64,000 nt of DNA from a virus: positions 64,001 through 128,000 of the IMG/VR virus record IMGVR_UViG_3300042314_001189; one strand, 5' to 3'. This document shows, in pieces, positions 10,879 to 21,587 of the stretch. The notes beneath the pieces are model-generated. The model ran no database searches and was not told the DNA's origin. It was given only the letters and a program-made list of their open reading frames with translations. Position 1 is the first letter of the stretch. Each line of letters opens with the position of its first letter. The translations under genes were made by a program, and so were the position numbers.

Positions 10879-11489
10879 TGATAATTGATGATAAAACATA
10901 TGCTTTAGAAGAAAAAAATTACGTACCGATTGAATGTATTAAAAAGCAAATAGTATTAGCCAACACTTTTAATCACGATATGAAACACGTGATTGGTTGG
11001 AAAACAAGATACAATGGTGAATATAAAAAAACAGCTGCATTTACAATAGATGCGGCTGGTGTTGTTCATCAACATTTCGACCCTAGGTATCAATCAAAAT
11101 ATTTTGGTAAAATCGATTTAGACATGAAAACCATCATAATATTATTAGAAAATGATGGGTGGTTATTCAATGATAAAGAAAAAAATAATTATATTACTTG
11201 GTTTGGTGATATTTATAATAAACCATCTGATGTTTTTGAAAAAAGATGGAGAGGATATACACATTGGGCCAACTATACAAAAGAACAGTTTGATTCATGT
11301 GTTGAACTAACCAGAATGTTATGTGATGAATTTTTTATCCCAAATATGGCGATATCACACAACACAAAGGTTGATACTCTTTCTGATTTTCAAGGAGTTG
11401 TATATAAAAGTAATATTGAAAAATATTATACCGACTTAACACCAGCATGGGATTTTGAAAACTTTAAAAATAAATTAGAAATAATATAA
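10878..11489 (+). CDS. N-acetylmuramoyl-L-alanine amidase-like protein
   Basis: Amidase_2-like layout (AAFTID..G.V.Q, YTKEQ...DLTPAWD); catalytic His residues look degenerate. Confidence 0.55.
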   Translation: MIIDDKTYALEEKNYVPIECIKKQIVLANTFNHDMKHVIGWKTRYNGEYKKTAAFTIDAAGVVHQHFDPRYQSKYFGKIDLDMKTIIILLENDGWLFNDKEKNNYITWFGDIYNKPSDVFEKRWRGYTHWANYTKEQFDSCVELTRMLCDEFFIPNMAISHNTKVDTLSDFQGVVYKSNIEKYYTDLTPAWDFENFKNKLEII

Positions 11490-11494
11490 AAATT

Positions 11495-12010
11495 ATGGCA
11501 CAAAACATAAACGAACACGACATGACCAAAAAGATGATGGATATCATCAGAGGTGGTTATAAAAAAACATTGTTAAAAGAAGAAGAAATTGAAGCTACTT
11601 CTACAATGGCACCAGACACATCTCAAGTAGCAATGGCTCAATCACCAAGCGATGGTCGTGAACCTTTAATTAAATTGGACAATACTTATTTTGAGGTTCC
11701 AAAAGATGACCAAAGGTATAAAGATTTAACAAAAAAACTACAAGACATTGCAAACGTTACAGTTACAAGTATCTATGTTTCAAAAAACAAAGATTTGGTA
11801 ATAACTGGTGAGGCTTTACAGTACGAAAACTCTGGTTTATATTTCACAATGGCATTATCTAACAAAGACGTTGTAACGTCAACTGAAAATGTTGAAGGTG
11901 ATGAAGCTAATATTATAATAAATAAATTAACTGGTTTCCTACAAAACCTTAGAGATGATTCTGCTGGAACTAGCGAATATCTTTATGATGAAAAAGTTGA
12001 TAACAAATAA
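11495..12010 (+). CDS. Hypothetical virion protein
   Basis: INE and LLKE motifs; upstream TATTTATA inside the previous gene. Confidence 0.4.
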   Translation: MAQNINEHDMTKKMMDIIRGGYKKTLLKEEEIEATSTMAPDTSQVAMAQSPSDGREPLIKLDNTYFEVPKDDQRYKDLTKKLQDIANVTVTSIYVSKNKDLVITGEALQYENSGLYFTMALSNKDVVTSTENVEGDEANIIINKLTGFLQNLRDDSAGTSEYLYDEKVDNK

Positions 12011-12024
12011 ATAAAAAAATAGAT

Positions 12025-12591
12025 ATGTTTATAAAAAGTAGAATAATCGCAATTTTATTAATAATCATAATGGTTTGTATGAGTTCATTATATGGTTTGT
12101 TCAAACTTTACAATTATGAGAAAGAAGAAAGAAAAAGATTTAACGACAACTATCTTGCTGTAACGACTGACAGAGCAAGACAACAAGAATTGACAGCTAA
12201 AGAACTAAAAGAACTTTATCCAAGATACGATAGTTTAGCTAAAGAGTTGAATATAAAAACAAAACAAATCACAAATATAATTGAAACTAGATACAGATTT
12301 AGAGATTCGGTTGTTACAAGCACAATATTAAAAAAAGATAGTATCTCAGAAAAAAGTTTTTTCACCTTAAAAGAAAAATGTTACACTTTCTCTGGGTACA
12401 TAAAACAAGACTCAATATCGTTTACAAACAAAGAGTTTAAAGACAATCTAACAACTTTTTTATACAAAGATTGGAAACACAAATATCTTTTTGGTTTAAT
12501 AAAAACAAAACCATATTACACAGCTAAAGTTTATAGTGAATGTATGAAAGATACGGTTGGTGTTCAAAACAATATAAAATTGAAAAAATAA
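12025..12591 (+). CDS. Spanin/Rz-like membrane protein
   Basis: N-terminal TM helix, coiled coil, C-terminal WKHKYLFGL as seen in Bacteroidota phage Rz-like proteins. Confidence 0.45.
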   Translation: MFIKSRIIAILLIIIMVCMSSLYGLFKLYNYEKEERKRFNDNYLAVTTDRARQQELTAKELKELYPRYDSLAKELNIKTKQITNIIETRYRFRDSVVTSTILKKDSISEKSFFTLKEKCYTFSGYIKQDSISFTNKEFKDNLTTFLYKDWKHKYLFGLIKTKPYYTAKVYSECMKDTVGVQNNIKLKK

Positions 12592-12613
12592 CAGTTTAAT
12601 TAATAGTTTTAAA

Positions 12614-13324
12614 ATGGATAAAAACCCAGAACAAGGTAAAAACAAATCAAATAGAAGTTATAGAAAAAAAACAAAACCAGTATCTTCTGGACAAACTAAA
12701 ACACAAAATTCAGTAATATACGGTAAAGAATATTTAGAAAAGAAAAAACTTGAGATTCCAATGTATGACCCATACACTGGCGAACCAAACCCACACTATG
12801 AAGAGTTAACTGGGAAAAAAAACCCATTATTGGATAAACCAGAAAATAGAATCGAATCAACAAAAAAGGGTGATAACCATAAATCTACGTCACTAAAATA
12901 CGGTAAAGATTATGTTTTACCAGAATTTGGTAGAAAAAATAGATTCTTATTGATGCTCCCTAAAGAATTTAACATTGAACCATTTTTTGTTAGTAGTGTT
13001 AGCGGACCTAATATTATATATGATAATGTAAGAATTTTAGGGATTAAAACATGTTTAAAAAAATATTATGTAGAAGATGTTCACATAAGTTTTAATGTTC
13101 CAGTCAGTAATCAAATAATGAAAAAATTATACGATACTACAGTTAAAAACAAAAAGTTTTGTTTTTCGGTTGAAATAATAGACCCAACGGGTGTTGTTTA
13201 TGAAAATTGGGACTTTAACGGATGTTCAATCAAAGAAATACACTTCGATGATTTATCTTATGACAATGATGGAATCATGAAAACTAACCTTAGAATAAGC
13301 GTTGGCCAGTACACGATAAAATAG
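12614..13324 (+). CDS. Tail tube-like protein (C-terminal domain)
   Basis: KNRFLL...IDPTGVVYENW.F.GC...FDDLSYD, T4 gp19-like pattern. Confidence 0.55.
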   Translation: MDKNPEQGKNKSNRSYRKKTKPVSSGQTKTQNSVIYGKEYLEKKKLEIPMYDPYTGEPNPHYEELTGKKNPLLDKPENRIESTKKGDNHKSTSLKYGKDYVLPEFGRKNRFLLMLPKEFNIEPFFVSSVSGPNIIYDNVRILGIKTCLKKYYVEDVHISFNVPVSNQIMKKLYDTTVKNKKFCFSVEIIDPTGVVYENWDFNGCSIKEIHFDDLSYDNDGIMKTNLRISVGQYTIK

Positions 13325-13344
13325 AAACGTATAAATATTAAAAT

Positions 13345-13369
13345 AAAGCCCCACGTAAGGGGCTTTTTT
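13345..13369 (+). terminator. Rho-independent terminator
   Basis: AAAGCCCC-ACGTAA-GGGGCTTTTT. Confidence 0.75.
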
Positions 13370-13659
13370 AGTTAAATTACTATATTTATATATAAAAATA
13401 ACCCCTAAAATGGATAAAAAAGTTAATGAAGATATCACTAAAACTGATGTGACTAAACAAATCAAAGTCTACATGGACGGTAGTGAGTTTAAAAACAAGG
13501 TTGAGAAGATTGTCAAAGACAGAATAAAAAACGAAAAAGAGTTAGAGGATAAAGTGGTTGAAATCACTAAAAACGTACTAACTCAGTTATATAAAACTCT
13601 TTGGGTTAAAAGAAATACTTGGGTAAATAACTTGTCAAATAAAAACAATTAATTATACG

Positions 13660-16386
13660 ATGAAAAAAATTAAGATAACAAAAGAACAGTATAACAGAAT
13701 CGCTGGGTTGTTAACCGAGGGTGATGATGGCTACGCAAAAGGTGGTTTAGCAAGAGTTGATAAACAATTCAAAAAAGCTTTTGCTGGTAAAGACGTTTTA
13801 AACGTTAAGGTCTCTGAAGACATGAAAACAACTAGCTTTGACATTAAAAAACCTAACACTAGTGTACCTAGAAAAGGTCAAGCTAAATTTGGTAAAACCT
13901 TGAGTGAAGGTACTGAAACTTTAAAAAATGAAACCTTAGAATTGATAAAATATCTTTACAGAAAAAGTGAAGAATTTTCTCCGTTTTGGGCTGAACATGA
14001 TTTAACGTATGATGATATTTGTGATTCATTGTTGGATAAAGGTGTTATTGTTAAAAAAGACGGTAAGTTTGAGTTATCAAAATCTTTAGGTACAGCGGAC
14101 GAAGCTAAACAAGCAGTTGAAGATGCGCTAAGCGAAATGGTTGGTGTTGAATTGACAGAATATGACAATTACAATTATCCAATGGGTGCTGACGCTAACC
14201 CTAACGCTCCATGGAATCAAAAAGAACCAAAATACAGTAAAGCTTCTATAAACCCATCAAAATTAACGTTTGAAGGTTTATACTCAAACGGTGAAATTTG
14301 TATCTTAAAAGATAAATCTGGTCAATTATATTCATTCTACTATGATAATGTTTCAGAAGAAGAATTAAATTCACTTGCTTATGATTTAGGTTTTGCCGAA
14401 GAAGAATATATTGGCAAAGATGAAGATGGTATGCCAGAATTTGATTATTATTATAATTGGAAAGGAAACCAAGATGAAGAACCAGAAGTTTTAGCTGCAT
14501 ATGCTTCAGAAAACACATTAGATACTGGTGAAGGTTTAGAAGCTTGGGAAAACGGTGTTGAATTGGTTAAAATAGATGATGCACTTAAAAATGAATTACT
14601 AAGCGTTTACGATAAAGATAGTAAATTAGTAAGTTTATTAGGTGGTGTAAACGAATCTGAAACAGAAGGAGATAGATTAGCTAGATTGAAATCTGTTATT
14701 GCACAAAGAAGAGCTGACTCAGATAAATGGGATGCTGAAAGATTTGCAAGAAGAGACCAACAAAACGCAATAGATAGCGCAAACGCTGAAGAAAAAATGA
14801 GACTTCAGAGCATGCCAAAACCAACACCAGAACCTAAAAAACCAGTTGGACAATACAACATGTTTGGTGGTGTTGATGAAATGGATGCTAGTGCTTCTGG
14901 CGCATTTACACCAGCTTTTGGTGCACAACCAATGAGAAAAGAAATGCCTATTGTCACAAACGTGCCAGTAGTTAAAGAAGGTATGGTCGATTCACCTACT
15001 ACAAATGGTGAATACACAACACCAGCTTTCAAAATGAAAAAAAACCACACAGATTTTGCTGAAACAAAACCTAAAGCATTTAAAAAAACGCAATGGGCTG
15101 GTGGCGGCTTCGTAGAATTTAATGACTGTGTTGATTTGAACAATAAACCAGCTGGTACTGGTTGTAGTACTGGTGCTGTTGATAACGTAGTTAAGGTTAG
15201 AAAAACCAAAGGAAACGTAAACGCACCTTCTTTGAATGAAGGTATGATGCGTGAAGCGTTGAAACTACAACACGATAAAAAAGAAAACAGACTAATTGTA
15301 ATTTCTGATTTAGAAGGTAGAGCTGGTAGTCAAGAAACATTTACTAACAAAGCTGTACTTAAACAAAATGGTTTTGTTTGGACTGGAACCAACTGGGCTA
15401 TACCAGTAGACAAATTAGATGTTGCTAAACAAACTTTAACCCTAATAAATAAAGCTGAGTACTTGATTGATAAATTAGAAGATTTGGAAAGTGCTGTTGA
15501 AGAATCTGGTGCTGATAATAAAAGTTTATTAAAAGCTAGACTTGAACAATATATTTCTGATTTAGCAAACGCAACTGATGAAGCTGCTTTATCTGCTGAG
15601 ATTAGAAGATACTTAACGTTCTTCTCTAAATTCCATAGTTATAGTTTCTACAATAGAATGCTTATCTTTATTCAAAGACCAAATGCGACTAGAGTTGCAT
15701 CATACAAAACATGGCAATCAAAATTCAGACAAGTAAACAAAGGCGCAAAAGCAATAACTGTTTTGGCACCAATCATAAGCAAATCTAACAAACCAGAAGA
15801 TGAAGACGACAATTTCTCATCAAACTCAGACGTTAGAGGGTTTAGAGCTGTAAACGTATTTGATATTTCAGACACAACACCAATTGATGAAAGAGGTGAA
15901 GTTCCAGAACAACCACAATGGTGGGGTGATAACACACCTTCAGAAACTGCTGATGTGTTATTCGAAGCTGTTGTTGAGGTAGCTAAAGATATGGGTATAA
16001 ATGTAACACAAAGCGATGCAAAAGGTGGTGAAAAAGGATATAGTGCTGGTGACCACATTAATATTTCTTCAGATGTAACTGGTGCTGGTAGATTATCTAC
16101 AATGATTCACGAAATTGCTCACGAATTAATGCACTGGAAAAAGTCATCAATCTATTTTATTGACAACGGTGAAGGAAGACAAAAATCAGAATTACAAGAA
16201 TTACAAGCCGAAAGCGTGTCTTATGTTGTATTGAAACATTATGGAATACCAGTTTCACATCATGCAACATACTTAGCATTGTGGAAAGCGAATAAAGATA
16301 GAATTCAAAATAACTTAGAAATTATCTCAAAAGTATCTCAATTTATTATAACTAAAATTGATGCACAAGTAGCTGAAGGTAAATAA
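13660..16386 (+). CDS. Large virion-type protein with C-terminal ArdC-like ssDNA-binding + HExxH metallopeptidase domains
   Basis: FHSYSFYNRMLI...ASYKTW...VNKGAKAI..VFDISDT, HEIAH, ELQAESVSY; many LxE/VNE motifs in the N-terminal part. Confidence 0.75.
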   Translation: MKKIKITKEQYNRIAGLLTEGDDGYAKGGLARVDKQFKKAFAGKDVLNVKVSEDMKTTSFDIKKPNTSVPRKGQAKFGKTLSEGTETLKNETLELIKYLYRKSEEFSPFWAEHDLTYDDICDSLLDKGVIVKKDGKFELSKSLGTADEAKQAVEDALSEMVGVELTEYDNYNYPMGADANPNAPWNQKEPKYSKASINPSKLTFEGLYSNGEICILKDKSGQLYSFYYDNVSEEELNSLAYDLGFAEEEYIGKDEDGMPEFDYYYNWKGNQDEEPEVLAAYASENTLDTGEGLEAWENGVELVKIDDALKNELLSVYDKDSKLVSLLGGVNESETEGDRLARLKSVIAQRRADSDKWDAERFARRDQQNAIDSANAEEKMRLQSMPKPTPEPKKPVGQYNMFGGVDEMDASASGAFTPAFGAQPMRKEMPIVTNVPVVKEGMVDSPTTNGEYTTPAFKMKKNHTDFAETKPKAFKKTQWAGGGFVEFNDCVDLNNKPAGTGCSTGAVDNVVKVRKTKGNVNAPSLNEGMMREALKLQHDKKENRLIVISDLEGRAGSQETFTNKAVLKQNGFVWTGTNWAIPVDKLDVAKQTLTLINKAEYLIDKLEDLESAVEESGADNKSLLKARLEQYISDLANATDEAALSAEIRRYLTFFSKFHSYSFYNRMLIFIQRPNATRVASYKTWQSKFRQVNKGAKAITVLAPIISKSNKPEDEDDNFSSNSDVRGFRAVNVFDISDTTPIDERGEVPEQPQWWGDNTPSETADVLFEAVVEVAKDMGINVTQSDAKGGEKGYSAGDHINISSDVTGAGRLSTMIHEIAHELMHWKKSSIYFIDNGEGRQKSELQELQAESVSYVVLKHYGIPVSHHATYLALWKANKDRIQNNLEIISKVSQFIITKIDAQVAEGK

Positions 16387-16444
16387 ATCTAGAAAATTGA
16401 ATTTTTTACATAAAACATAGATATTTATAATAAAATCAAATAAG

Positions 16445-18358
16445 ATGGACAAAAACATAATAAAACAACACTTAACTCAAAGGTTTGTAAATGAGGCAAA
16501 AGGAGAAACAGCAACACCTGGTATTACTGTTACTAATTCTGTCAATAAGAAATCTGGTGATGTTAACAAAAAGGGTGTTAAAGACATGGAAAAAGATTTA
16601 TCTGCTTATGATAAAGCTTTGAAAAAAGGTGCTGAAACAACCAAAGTCCCAAACAAATTTAACTACAACGGTGATTCTGAAATCGAGTACCACAACCAAA
16701 TGGAAACACTTAATGGTACTGAAATGAATGAATACGACAGAGAACCAACAAAAGAGTTTAAAGATAAAGCAAAAGAAGGTTTAACTGGTAGTGAAAGAAT
16801 GGGTAATAAAGGTGGGAAAGATGTAGGTAACGCTGAGGAAACTTGGGGTGCTTCTTCTGATGATTTTGGTAAAGAAAAAGACAAAAATATTAAAGCGTCA
16901 ACTAAGAAAAGACAAGACGCTGTTAAAGGTATCATAAGCTTCGGTGATGATATCGAAACAGTATCAAAAGATTATGCGCCAATGTCTAAACACACAGCGT
17001 ATAACGAAAATAAAGATAATAATAAACCACAAATAAAAGAATCAATGAAAAGACTTAAATTTAAAAAAGAATTCAAAGGTGTTGGAAACGCACTTAAAAT
17101 GATACCAGAGTCGTACAAAGTAGATAACAAAGTATTTGAAATGACTGATGGTAACGAATCATACAAAATCCGTTGGGAAGGAACTTTAACAGAAGGTAAA
17201 GCTGTTGTTCTTGTGGCTTCAGACAAAACTATGGTTAATGAAGACATGCAAAAAATGAAACACCTAATGGGTTACAAATCACAAGATACTTTAGGTCTTG
17301 TAAGAGGTAAATCTAGAATCAACGAAAACGCTGTTTTCTCTGATATGTATAAAAAATCAAAAGCGTTATTAGAAGGTGAAGACATTGATGATGCTTCAGC
17401 ATCTGAAGGTGATATGGATGATGCTGTTAAACATGCAGCAGAAGCTAAAAAACATGTTGAAGGTTCAGTATCAACTGAAAAAGGAACGCAAGCTCCAGCA
17501 CCTAAAACTGGTAATCTAGAAGATGTTAAGAAAAAAGCACCAGAAGCAACTAAACATGTTGAAGGTTCAGTATCAACTGAAAAAGGAACACAAGCTCCAG
17601 CACCTAAAACTGGTAATTGGGATGTAAACGTTAAAGGTCAAGCACCAGAAGCGAAAAAACATGTTCACATGTCAGAAGGAATTCAATTAGGTGAAAACTT
17701 TTTTGCACCAATGGAAGAAGGTCTATACGAATACGGTAGTGAGCATGAAATGCCATTAGATGTTGCCGTTGGTCAACTTAAAGATAAAACAGCTGGGGTG
17801 AACGAGTATGGTGATGAGCATGAAATGCCATTAGATACTGCTGTAAAATCTATGTCTCTTAACAAAGAAGGTATGATGAACGAAGGTGCTGGTTTAAAAA
17901 ACATGTTTAGCACAGCAAAACAAATTGCTAGTAAAATTTTACAAGGCGAATTAACCGATGAGGATAAACAAGATATTATGAATGCAACTAATAAGATTGG
18001 AGACCCAAAAGCGATGCTTTCTAAATTAAGTGGTATTTCACAATTAACACCAGAAGAAGAAGCAGAATTAACTAATCAATCAACTGAATTAGCTGAAGGT
18101 TGGTGGGGTGACACTGGTAAAAGATGGGCTGCTAGATTTTCAGCTTTAATTGGTGCACCAGCATCGTTGATAGCATCAATAATGGGTATGTGGTCTCAAG
18201 GTGCTGGTTGGGCTGATAGTCCAATTTTAAGTAGAGTACACGACATGACTGACGCAGCATTTGGTATCTACGGTGGTCCAGTTTCAACTTTAGGGTTCTT
18301 TATCTCAATACTATACTTAGGTGCTGCATTAATAAATTTTAATGCTGGTAAAAAATAA
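16445..18358 (+). CDS. Putative internal virion protein with repeats and C-terminal hydrophobic segments
   Basis: TATTTATA upstream, multiple xNE/LxE motifs, duplicated KHVEGSVSTEKGTQAPAPKTG. Confidence 0.55.
   Translation: MDKNIIKQHLTQRFVNEAKGETATPGITVTNSVNKKSGDVNKKGVKDMEKDLSAYDKALKKGAETTKVPNKFNYNGDSEIEYHNQMETLNGTEMNEYDREPTKEFKDKAKEGLTGSERMGNKGGKDVGNAEETWGASSDDFGKEKDKNIKASTKKRQDAVKGIISFGDDIETVSKDYAPMSKHTAYNENKDNNKPQIKESMKRLKFKKEFKGVGNALKMIPESYKVDNKVFEMTDGNESYKIRWEGTLTEGKAVVLVASDKTMVNEDMQKMKHLMGYKSQDTLGLVRGKSRINENAVFSDMYKKSKALLEGEDIDDASASEGDMDDAVKHAAEAKKHVEGSVSTEKGTQAPAPKTGNLEDVKKKAPEATKHVEGSVSTEKGTQAPAPKTGNWDVNVKGQAPEAKKHVHMSEGIQLGENFFAPMEEGLYEYGSEHEMPLDVAVGQLKDKTAGVNEYGDEHEMPLDTAVKSMSLNKEGMMNEGAGLKNMFSTAKQIASKILQGELTDEDKQDIMNATNKIGDPKAMLSKLSGISQLTPEEEAELTNQSTELAEGWWGDTGKRWAARFSALIGAPASLIASIMGMWSQGAGWADSPILSRVHDMTDAAFGIYGGPVSTLGFFISILYLGAALINFNAGKK
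17450..17616 (+). repeat. Direct repeat (about 67 bp x2) inside CDS
   Basis: aaacatgttgaaggttcagtatcaactgaaaaaggaac.caagctccagcacctaaaactggtaat occurs at about 17450 and about 17552. Confidence 0.85.
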
Positions 18359-18382
18359 AAATTAAGTAGATAATAAATATTA

Positions 18383-18414
18383 AAAAAAAAGGGGAGCTTA
18401 GGCTCCCTTTTTTA
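18383..18414. terminator. Bidirectional terminator between convergent genes
   Basis: A8-GGGGAGC-TTAG-GCTCCC-T run. Confidence 0.8.
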
Positions 18415-18738
18415 TTTTCTAGATTTTATTTCTTCTAAGATTCTAATTCTTAAATTAAATTCAGCATTGATATTCGATTCAAATCTTTTAGCCAACGTTG
18501 AGTAAATAACCAACCAATATACAAAATGACCTATTACTGATACAGTAAAAACGGTTAAGTCAAAACCAACAAAAAACATAGGTACAACAACAAAAATTGC
18601 TAATGAGACAATAAAGTCAAAAGTTTTTGTGGTAAAAGCTCTAAAAAACTTATGGATAAAAATTGCAATGTTTACTCTGGTTTTAGATTTGTTTTCATAA
18701 ACACTAAGTTCTTCTTTAAATTTTTGGTAATTTTCCAT
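18412..18738 (-). CDS. Small membrane protein
   Basis: Two TM helices; two tandem minus-strand TACCTTTG promoters at about 18758-18765 and 18827-18834. Confidence 0.6.
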   Translation of the reverse strand: MENYQKFKEELSVYENKSKTRVNIAIFIHKFFRAFTTKTFDFIVSLAIFVVVPMFFVGFDLTVFTVSVIGHFVYWLVIYSTLAKRFESNINAEFNLRIRILEEIKSRK

Positions 18739-18908
18739 TTTATTTGATTTTATTTAACAAAGGTAATAATAATTTTTTAATTATGCAAATTTTTTGTAAT
18801 TTATTTTAATCTATTTGATAACAATACAAAGGTAATAATAATTTTTAAAATATCCAAATTTTTAACTTACTATTTAAAACATAGACATATTTATAAATAA
18901 AAACAGTT

Positions 18909-19523
18909 ATGAGTTTAAAAAAGTTACAAGAAAAGATTGGCGCAACGCCAGATGGTTCATTCGGACCAAACACGCTAAAAAAAGCGATGGAATTTTATAA
19001 AATGACACCAGAAAGAGCTGCACATTTCTTTGCTCAAACAGCGCACGAAACTGGTGAATTTAAAGCGTTCTCAGAAAACTTAAATTATTCAGCACAAGGA
19101 TTGCAAAATACTTTTGGAAAGTATTTTCCTGGTAATTTAGAAGAGTCTTATGCTAGACAACCAGAAAAGATAGCATCTAGAGTTTATGCTGATAGAATGG
19201 GTAATGGTAATGAGGCATCTAAAGAAGGTTGGTTATTCCGTGGAAGAGGTGCATTACAATTAACTGGGAAATCAAATTATAAAGCATTTTCTGATTATTT
19301 AAAAAAACCAGAAGTTATGACAAATCCAGATTTGGTTGCTAACGATTTAGCGTTTGAATCAGCAATATTCTTTTTTGATAAAAATAAACTTTGGGATATA
19401 TGCGATAAAGGTGTTAACGATGCTTCAATATTATCATTAACGAAAAGAATTAATGGTGGTACTAATGGTTTAGACCATAGAGCAGCATTAACTAAGAAAT
19501 ATTATGAATGGTTAAAAAAATAA
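18909..19523 (+). CDS. Glycoside hydrolase family 19 endolysin
   Basis: FFAQTAHET, ENLNYS, FRGRGALQLTG, TKRINGG. Confidence 0.9.
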   Translation: MSLKKLQEKIGATPDGSFGPNTLKKAMEFYKMTPERAAHFFAQTAHETGEFKAFSENLNYSAQGLQNTFGKYFPGNLEESYARQPEKIASRVYADRMGNGNEASKEGWLFRGRGALQLTGKSNYKAFSDYLKKPEVMTNPDLVANDLAFESAIFFFDKNKLWDICDKGVNDASILSLTKRINGGTNGLDHRAALTKKYYEWLKK

Positions 19524-19526
19524 TTT

Positions 19527-20135
19527 ATGTGTTATACTAGAGAACAAATTGAGACGGCTGTTAAAGCCAAAGGATACAAATGGTTTGACGATGCTTCAAA
19601 CAAAGGTTATGATGTAAACATTGTTGGTGTTAGAAATAACGCACCAAACGTGGCTAAAAAAGTTACAAATGTATTTGATGACCACTTAACAATTTCATTT
19701 AAAGATGCGAGTGGAAATTGGCAATTTTATTGCTGGATGGCAACATGTGACCCAGGTAAAAAAGGTGTACAACAATTCCATAATAAAAAAGGTGTTGCTA
19801 GATTAGTACCAGCACAATACAGAGGTGTATGGAAAATAGATTTACATCAAGGAAAATATGAAGCTCTTTGTCAAAGAAACGGTAATGTTACTGTTTGGAG
19901 AGATGCTAATAAAGATTTAGTGTTTGAAGAAACAACAAAAGATACTGGTATGTTTGGTATAAACATTCACAAAGCTGGTCAAGATTCTACTTGGGTGGAA
20001 AATTGGAGCGAAGGTTGTCAAGTATTTAAAAGAGTGAAAGATTTTGATGAATTTATGAAAATTTGTAAATCAGCCTCAAAAATACACGGTAACAATTTTA
20101 GTTACACACTATTAGAAAGTACAGATATAGTTTAA
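19527..20135 (+). CDS. Putative peptidoglycan-active enzyme (L,D-transpeptidase-like)
   Basis: GINIH...WSEGCQV motif; located in the lysis cluster. Confidence 0.45.
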   Translation: MCYTREQIETAVKAKGYKWFDDASNKGYDVNIVGVRNNAPNVAKKVTNVFDDHLTISFKDASGNWQFYCWMATCDPGKKGVQQFHNKKGVARLVPAQYRGVWKIDLHQGKYEALCQRNGNVTVWRDANKDLVFEETTKDTGMFGINIHKAGQDSTWVENWSEGCQVFKRVKDFDEFMKICKSASKIHGNNFSYTLLESTDIV

Positions 20136-20137
20136 TC

Positions 20138-20350
20138 GTGGAAAACTCTAGAAGATGGGTTTTAACTGTTTTAGTCATGGTTACTTTTTGTTTAGTAACT
20201 TTGGGTATACTTGGTTCAATTCATTCAAATTCAACAGTAGATGGCGAATGGAAAGAGATTTTGTTACTTTTATTAGGAGCCTTTATTGGTTCTTATGGTA
20301 AAATTGTTGACTATTGGTTTGGAAAAGATAATGACAAAACCAAAGAATAG
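20138..20350 (+). CDS. Holin-like two-TM protein
   Basis: Two TM helices, charged C terminus, follows the endolysins. Confidence 0.5.
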   Translation: MENSRRWVLTVLVMVTFCLVTLGILGSIHSNSTVDGEWKEILLLLLGAFIGSYGKIVDYWFGKDNDKTKE

Positions 20351-20418
20351 CATCAATAATAGTAACATAACATTTATTTTTTTGGTATATTAACTATATT
20401 AATAAAAATAAATAAAGA

Positions 20419-20892
20419 ATGAATAACAAATACGATAAACTTAGCTTCTTGGCATATATCCACAACCCTATAAGTAGGGAAAGCATGAACGTATTGTACG
20501 CTTCAAACAACTTAAAATATGAAAAATGTGAGTTGTATAGCGACTTTGTACAATCATTGCTGATGCTAACCTTTGACACGTATATGGGTGACGACATAAT
20601 GGCCGTTGACGACCAAATAAAACATTTTAATTGGTGCTGGAACAAAGTTGTTGAAAATTTTAAGCTAGAAGGTGTTTTTCTCAACAGTGTTAAGTTATAT
20701 GATTATTTTCTAGAATTTATGCTTGAAGTTTTTTACTCATATGATAACAAAAAAAGATTTGATTATACTGACAAAGGGTTGTTAAAAATATGGTACGATA
20801 TTTTTGATTATGATAAAATCAAAACCCAAGCGGATATGGATACACTTATTGAGATTTACGGTATTTTTGATAAATCCTTGAAATTTCAATAA
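20419..20892 (+). CDS. Hypothetical protein
   Basis: ORF track. Confidence 0.5.
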   Translation: MNNKYDKLSFLAYIHNPISRESMNVLYASNNLKYEKCELYSDFVQSLLMLTFDTYMGDDIMAVDDQIKHFNWCWNKVVENFKLEGVFLNSVKLYDYFLEFMLEVFYSYDNKKRFDYTDKGLLKIWYDIFDYDKIKTQADMDTLIEIYGIFDKSLKFQ

Positions 20893-21169
20893 AAAAATAG
20901 GTTTTACTATTTATTTTTGATAATAAATGATTAGTTTTATATTATGAATACTGAAAGATTATTTAATGTTGTAATGATGGAACTTACAACCGACAAGATG
21001 AAATTAGAGGATGAATTAGAAATGGCTATCAATTCAAAAGATAGTATTGACCAAAAATCCGCTAAAATACAACAGATTTTGGCTAGGTTGTCAAACCTAG
21101 AAAATAGTATTGCTAAATTTAGCAATCTTATAAATAACAATAACAATAACAATCAAAAAGAAGACTAAA

Positions 21170-21355
21170 ATGGAAAAATTTGAAGAATTAAAAGCGTTAA
21201 TCGTTTCTCTAGAAGAAGATGCGACTAAATTTTACGAAAAAAGTAATAAAGCTGCTGGTGTAAGACTTAGAAAAGGTTTACAAGAAATCAGAACTTTATC
21301 ACAAACTTTGAGACAAGACGTTTCTGCAAAAAATAAAGAAGCTAAAACTGCTTAA
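21170..21355 (+). CDS. Histone H1-like (Hc1 family) protein
   Basis: KFYEKSNKAAGVRLRKGLQEI, typical of Bacteroidota Hc1-like proteins. Confidence 0.75.
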   Translation: MEKFEELKALIVSLEEDATKFYEKSNKAAGVRLRKGLQEIRTLSQTLRQDVSAKNKEAKTA

Positions 21356-21587
21356 AAAATAAATTATGCTAGTAGATATACTTAACAAAATATTGCTAAT
21401 ACTATTCTTTATGTCGAGTCTTAACGTGTTAAGGCATGTGTATTATTTCATACAAGCTGTGCTTACTTCAACAGAAGAAGAGCCCAAAAAATATAGGATT
21501 CCAAACGTTTCGTTGTATTTATTAGGTGTATCTATTGCATATATTTTATCAGCTATTATTACTGGTATAACACTTTAAAAATATACT

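Noticed and set aside
18757-18862. Direct repeat ACAAAGGTAATAATAATTTTT as a mobile-element end or att site
   Set aside because: Explained as two tandem minus-strand TACCTTTG promoters for the 18412-18738 gene.
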